In this document: positions 59,596 to 64,000 of the stretch, in pieces
Layout of the letters: the number at the start of each line of letters is the position of its first letter
Position numbering within the stretch: position 1 is the first letter of the stretch
Source of the DNA: an uncultured virus (IMG/VR IMGVR_UViG_3300028422_001054)
Taxonomy: Duplodnaviria > Heunggongvirae > Uroviricota > Caudoviricetes
IMG/VR virus record: IMGVR_UViG_3300028422_001054
DNA length: 64,000 nucleotides
Reading direction: 5' to 3' (one strand)
Translations under genes and position numbers: made by a program
Notes under the pieces: generated by a model
Told to the model about the DNA's origin: nothing
The model's database searches: none
The model's input: the letters and a program-made list of their open reading frames with translations, nothing else

Positions 59596-61659
59596 TTAAG
59601 CTAAGTCACCTAACGCTGTTCCGTCATCATTACCGTAAGAATAGCTTGGTTTAAAGTTACTAAAACTTTCTTTAAAAGATGAATTATCTAAAGCTTCTCT
59701 TTTAATAATTCCGTTTAATTTAAAAATAGTATGTTGTAACTGATCATAAGTAGTACACTCTACTAAAGAACTCTTGTAAGTTGCTAAAGCAGGGTCTTTT
59801 GTAAGAATTTCTTCAACAGCTTCTCTAATTGTCTGAACATTAGCTGTAGATACTTTCTCATCAAAATGATTCATACTTTTGTTATCTAGTATATTAGATG
59901 TTACGTTTACAGATTCTTTTACAGAATTTTTAGCTTTTTCTGCATCAGTCATATCAGAATCATCCTCTGAACCATCATTAGATTCTTTAATAACATTAGG
60001 ATCTTCAACAGCACCTGTTACAGCTCCAGTTTGTACCGGTAATTCAGGGTCAATTATACCTTCAGCACCTTCTTTAATAACTGTAGGATCTTCAACAGCA
60101 CCTGTTACAGCTCCATTTTGTTCTGGTAAAGCAGGATCAATTATACCTTCAGCACCTTCTTGAACAGATTCTTTCTGCTTCTCTAATTGAGAACGTAGCA
60201 ACTTGTTTTGTTCTTTCTCTTTCTTTAATGCTGCTTGAAGAGTAGCTATCTCATTATCTTTAAGATTGTCACCTTCTTTAAACTCTACAGAAGTTTCTGG
60301 AATATTCTCTAATATAACCTTTGCTTCTACTAACTCTATCTTAAGGATTTTTGCATTATCTATTATAACTTCCTCAAGAACCTTACATTTATGACCTGAA
60401 AATAGTCCTTCTTTCACTTTATTCTCCTCTGATGTAGTACCTGGGGTTACATTAGTTATAGGGTCTGCTACATTGTAATCAACGAGAGATAAATCTGCGT
60501 TATTATTAGCATCTACTATAGTGTCATGATTTACATCTGCTTTATTGGTTTCAAGGCTTTCTTTAACCTCGGTGTTATCTTTATCGTAAAGCTTTTGTTT
60601 GCCATCACAGCCTTCCTCTACAACATCTTTGTCAGTTTTAGGGTCTGCTACAGCTTTTAGTATTTCTTGTTGTTTTATGTTTGTCTCTTTAAGAGCTTTA
60701 GATAACACTTCCATGGATTCTATAACTTTGTTTTTAGAATCTAATTCCTCTCGAAGCACTTTTATTTCTTCTTCAAGATTTTTTGAAACTTCTGCTGATT
60801 CTTGAAGCTTATTTTTAATCTCCAGAGATTCATTCTCTTTTATCTTCAATAAGTTTTCTTGTTCGGTTTTTATTACATCATAAGCTTCTTTTATAGAAGC
60901 AACTACAATAGGCAATCTTGCTCTATCTTCGTCTTCGATATAACTCTCAATCACTTTTAGCTTTGCTTTTCGTTCATCTAAATTAACAATAGATTTTGCA
61001 CTCTCTATTAACTTACCGAACTCTAAGTTAAGCTCTGTTAAATTGCTTTTCACTGAATTCTCCTTAGATTCTATAATTGGTTTATTTAAATTCGATTCTT
61101 TTAGAACTTCGCCAGTAGGAGTTACTCTAGGGCTAGAAGGGGTAATATAAACTTCATAAGAAGGTACCATAACTAAATCACACCATCTGTCTAGTTCTAA
61201 ATCAAAAACGTATCCTGCATCATCGATGTCACCATCAAAAACAGAAGAAACTCCTAAACTAGCTCCTAAAAATAAAGCTTTCTCTAATTTTAAACTGAAA
61301 GCCTCATCGATTATATATACGTCAATATATAGGATATCCCCAAGTACTTGTGGATTTTTAGCTACAGCCCCTATATCTTTTGTTGAAGGTTTACCTTCAT
61401 CGTGGTCAAATAAAGCAAAAGTAGCATTCTTCCCGTATTTAGCAGCAACTCGAAGACCCTCTTTTTTTGAATAAATACGATTATTCAAATTACGTTGGTC
61501 TAGTCTCCAAAGAGGAACCCTATACCCTATCAAATCTTGATAGGTTTGTACTCCCTCTTTTAATTTAATATCTATTTTAGATTCTGTTAACTTCTCTAAA
61601 GGAAGTAACTGCTCATTCCAGTCTCTGTAAAAATTATCTATTAGTTTCTTTTTAGCCAA
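59596..61659 (-). CDS. prohead protease fused to scaffold
   Basis: NLNNRIY, DH, LGVSS, DLV..PS motifs of T4 gp21-type proteases, then acidic coiled coil. Confidence 0.85.
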   Translation of the reverse strand: MAKKKLIDNFYRDWNEQLLPLEKLTESKIDIKLKEGVQTYQDLIGYRVPLWRLDQRNLNNRIYSKKEGLRVAAKYGKNATFALFDHDEGKPSTKDIGAVAKNPQVLGDILYIDVYIIDEAFSLKLEKALFLGASLGVSSVFDGDIDDAGYVFDLELDRWCDLVMVPSYEVYITPSSPRVTPTGEVLKESNLNKPIIESKENSVKSNLTELNLEFGKLIESAKSIVNLDERKAKLKVIESYIEDEDRARLPIVVASIKEAYDVIKTEQENLLKIKENESLEIKNKLQESAEVSKNLEEEIKVLREELDSKNKVIESMEVLSKALKETNIKQQEILKAVADPKTDKDVVEEGCDGKQKLYDKDNTEVKESLETNKADVNHDTIVDANNNADLSLVDYNVADPITNVTPGTTSEENKVKEGLFSGHKCKVLEEVIIDNAKILKIELVEAKVILENIPETSVEFKEGDNLKDNEIATLQAALKKEKEQNKLLRSQLEKQKESVQEGAEGIIDPALPEQNGAVTGAVEDPTVIKEGAEGIIDPELPVQTGAVTGAVEDPNVIKESNDGSEDDSDMTDAEKAKNSVKESVNVTSNILDNKSMNHFDEKVSTANVQTIREAVEEILTKDPALATYKSSLVECTTYDQLQHTIFKLNGIIKREALDNSSFKESFSNFKPSYSYGNDDGTALGDLA
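59983..60159 (-). repeat. 87-bp (29-aa) tandem duplication inside scaffold
   Basis: EGAEGIIDPxLPxQxGAVTGAVEDPxVIK twice. Confidence 0.9.
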
Positions 61660-61687
61660 TTTAGATTCCTTAATCTAATAGTAATAA

Positions 61688-63586
61688 TTATTTTTCAGAC
61701 TCTTGCTTTTTAGCAATCTCTGAAAAATCAGCAGTTACTCCATACAAAGTTTTTCTTAAAGTATTTACTACTTCAGTCGTTTTCTTTGCTTCCTCTAAGC
61801 TCTCTTTAAGCCTAGAGGTCTCTTTAAGCTTAATAGTAGATATTGTTGCTTTCATTGATTCTAAGAACCTCTTATCTAAGCTACTTGTGGAAGAGGACGC
61901 CATAAAATGTCTAGAATCCTCAACACCCTCATATCTACAAGATTCTTGTCGTGTTTTCATGATAGCTTCCCTCATTAAATCTGGAGTTAAAACTTCTCGT
62001 ATTTTAATAAAATGCTCTTGTAATATTGGATCAGAATCCTCTACGTTAATAGTCTCTTCAGTACCATTAGCAATCTCAGACACCCACATATCTAAATCTT
62101 CTTTTGGAGCTACGGACAAGGATGATAAGATACTTCTTATAGTATCCTGAGGAAGTTTTGCAGTCGCTGTAAACCCTAAAAGATCTCTAATAGTTTCAGC
62201 AGTATCCTTGGCAAGTCTGAGCCTTTCTTGATAAAGTCTAACTAACTCTGGGTCATCATCTACTGTTGGTAAAGGCATACTTAATTCAAAGTAATCTTTA
62301 TCTGGGTCATATTCCCCTGTAAGAGTCATTTGGATTTTAACTTGAGTAACTAATTGTTCAAGGATGGCAGACTGTATACTATATACAGCTTTTGCAAAGA
62401 CTTTAGATTGGGCTACTAAAGTTTTATTTGAATCTCCAAAACCTTTTTCCTTACCTTGGATTAAATAAGCAATAGGTACATCTAACGCTGATATTACGTT
62501 TTCTTCATCAGCATCAAGATCGCCTATAGAACTTAAATCCATGGAAGTAGATTTTAAGTCATACTTAAAAACACCATCTATTGTAAAAATCTTCTGGCCA
62601 ACTCCGGTAGCATCCTGAGCCGAATAATCAGAAAGATTTTCTTCTATTTCTTTTAATTCCTGTAGCCTTTGAAACATCATATCAATAGGAGTAGATTCAG
62701 CATTCATTAGTGTAACTACTTCTTTTGGAAATGATGCTATTCTAGCTAAAGCTATTAGTTCTTTTGTAGCTTTCCAGGTCATGTAAGGAGCCAAAGCTGA
62801 AAGTAATAATGGTTTTCCGTAGGGAGCAAACTCATGTCTTGAAGAAGGCATTCTAAAATGAGCTACTTGCCAAGGAGCAAATACAAAGTCATCTATTCTA
62901 TAACCTATTAAAGTAGATTTAAAATACTCTGAAGTTGCCATATCAGGGTCGTCTATAGCTTTTAGAAGTTGTTGCATTCTGGAATCAGTTTGACTAAGTT
63001 TATCGTAACCGTAGTAGCCACCTTCTACTTGATGCTTAATTCTAACCGGATTAAACTCGATTCGCTCTTGTAGAGAAAAAGGATCTGCTAAAGTAGTCTC
63101 TGCTATTCCTTCTGTTGGTGTTAAAGAGTTTATAGCTATTGAATTTCCTAATGTAACAAGGTCTTCGACTATAGCTTCTAAATTAGCCTTGGTATATCCA
63201 GCTTTTTGTAGAAATGTCTTAATCCATCTCTCTTGTTTACGTGTTCTTGCTTTCACTTGAATAGTATCATGAGATATCTTAGAACCTATAGTCTCATTCT
63301 TATAAAGTTTTACTGTTTTAGATACAGGTCCATTATTATGAGCCATCTGGTCTAATATTTGCCAAAGCTGTATTCTTTGATGAAGATTAGGTTTATCTAT
63401 AGTGTAACTGTTCCTCCAATGATTTAGAGCTTTTTCTAAATCACTTGGAAGGGTTATGCCTTTATCGGCAAAAGTTCTAGGTAAAACTTCTTTACCGCCT
63501 AAACTTTTTGAAGTTGTTTGGATAGTAATCCCGAACTCTTTTTTTAAATAATCTAAAGATGCTTTATCAAAACTTGAGGTATTCAT
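61688..63586 (-). CDS. portal protein (T4 gp20-like)
   Basis: WQVAHFR, PYGKPLL, ALARI, ALDVPIAYL motifs; upstream of protease. Confidence 0.85.
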   Translation of the reverse strand: MNTSSFDKASLDYLKKEFGITIQTTSKSLGGKEVLPRTFADKGITLPSDLEKALNHWRNSYTIDKPNLHQRIQLWQILDQMAHNNGPVSKTVKLYKNETIGSKISHDTIQVKARTRKQERWIKTFLQKAGYTKANLEAIVEDLVTLGNSIAINSLTPTEGIAETTLADPFSLQERIEFNPVRIKHQVEGGYYGYDKLSQTDSRMQQLLKAIDDPDMATSEYFKSTLIGYRIDDFVFAPWQVAHFRMPSSRHEFAPYGKPLLLSALAPYMTWKATKELIALARIASFPKEVVTLMNAESTPIDMMFQRLQELKEIEENLSDYSAQDATGVGQKIFTIDGVFKYDLKSTSMDLSSIGDLDADEENVISALDVPIAYLIQGKEKGFGDSNKTLVAQSKVFAKAVYSIQSAILEQLVTQVKIQMTLTGEYDPDKDYFELSMPLPTVDDDPELVRLYQERLRLAKDTAETIRDLLGFTATAKLPQDTIRSILSSLSVAPKEDLDMWVSEIANGTEETINVEDSDPILQEHFIKIREVLTPDLMREAIMKTRQESCRYEGVEDSRHFMASSSTSSLDKRFLESMKATISTIKLKETSRLKESLEEAKKTTEVVNTLRKTLYGVTADFSEIAKKQESEK

Positions 63587-63594
63587 CTATACTC

Positions 63595-63966
63595 CTATGC
63601 AGTTGTTATTTGTGGGAATTTAGCCCACTTTTCTTCAATTTTGGTTTCCAGAGCTTTACCATCATCAATCATTGCTTGGCCATCAACATCTACAGGTAAA
63701 TCCCCAACATCTTCTTTCTCGATTAGATTACCTAACCATTTTAAAAGATGAGCTGAAGCCAAAGAAATAACATCATCCCTATGTGAGAACGGAACCTCTT
63801 CCCAAACGGTAATATTCTTTATCCAAGTTATACGAAGATCTCCTCCCATATTTGAATAACCATTTAGAACTCGTCCTACGATATCATTATCTATAACTAA
63901 TGTTTTAGAAGCATCTCTTAATCCTTGGGTTCGAGCTTTATTTAAAAGATAATTAGAAGTATCCAT
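63595..63966 (-). CDS. putative neck/adaptor protein (5' end probably outside window)
   Basis: frame continues toward the window edge; VDGQAMIDDG...EEKW C-terminus reminiscent of T4 gp13. Confidence 0.45.
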   Translation of the reverse strand: MDTSNYLLNKARTQGLRDASKTLVIDNDIVGRVLNGYSNMGGDLRITWIKNITVWEEVPFSHRDDVISLASAHLLKWLGNLIEKEDVGDLPVDVDGQAMIDDGKALETKIEEKWAKFPQITTA

Positions 63967-64000
63967 GCCAAAATTATACGGAGTTCCAAAAGCATTACCT

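Overview
AT-rich segment of a large tailed dsDNA phage with a contractile (myovirus-type) tail. A spirochaete host is inferred from the chemoreceptor and lipoprotein signatures. The window has four zones. (1) 1-18.6 kb: a mosaic of short, often Cys-rich or decayed accessory ORFs with Rha, a split phage Dam-type methyltransferase, a GNAT, peptide deformylase, a radical SAM enzyme, an atypical RtcB and a ~430-nt intergenic segment with nested long-range pairing (candidate large structured ncRNA). (2) 18.6-19.9 kb: non-coding, with G-tracts, five 61-bp tandem repeats and a palindrome cluster (candidate terminus/origin). (3) 19.9-34.8 kb: a + strand early-type region with repeated palindromic sigma70 promoters, four copies of a tRNA-minihelix-like element and five paralogous 20-aa LRR genes with shuffled repeat modules. 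(4) 34.8-64 kb, mostly - strand: deoxyribosyltransferase-like gene, chemoreceptor, thyA, lytic transglycosylase, sigma factor and the baseplate-tail-terminase-capsid-portal module. All calls come from reading motifs by eye; no searches or folding programs were run.
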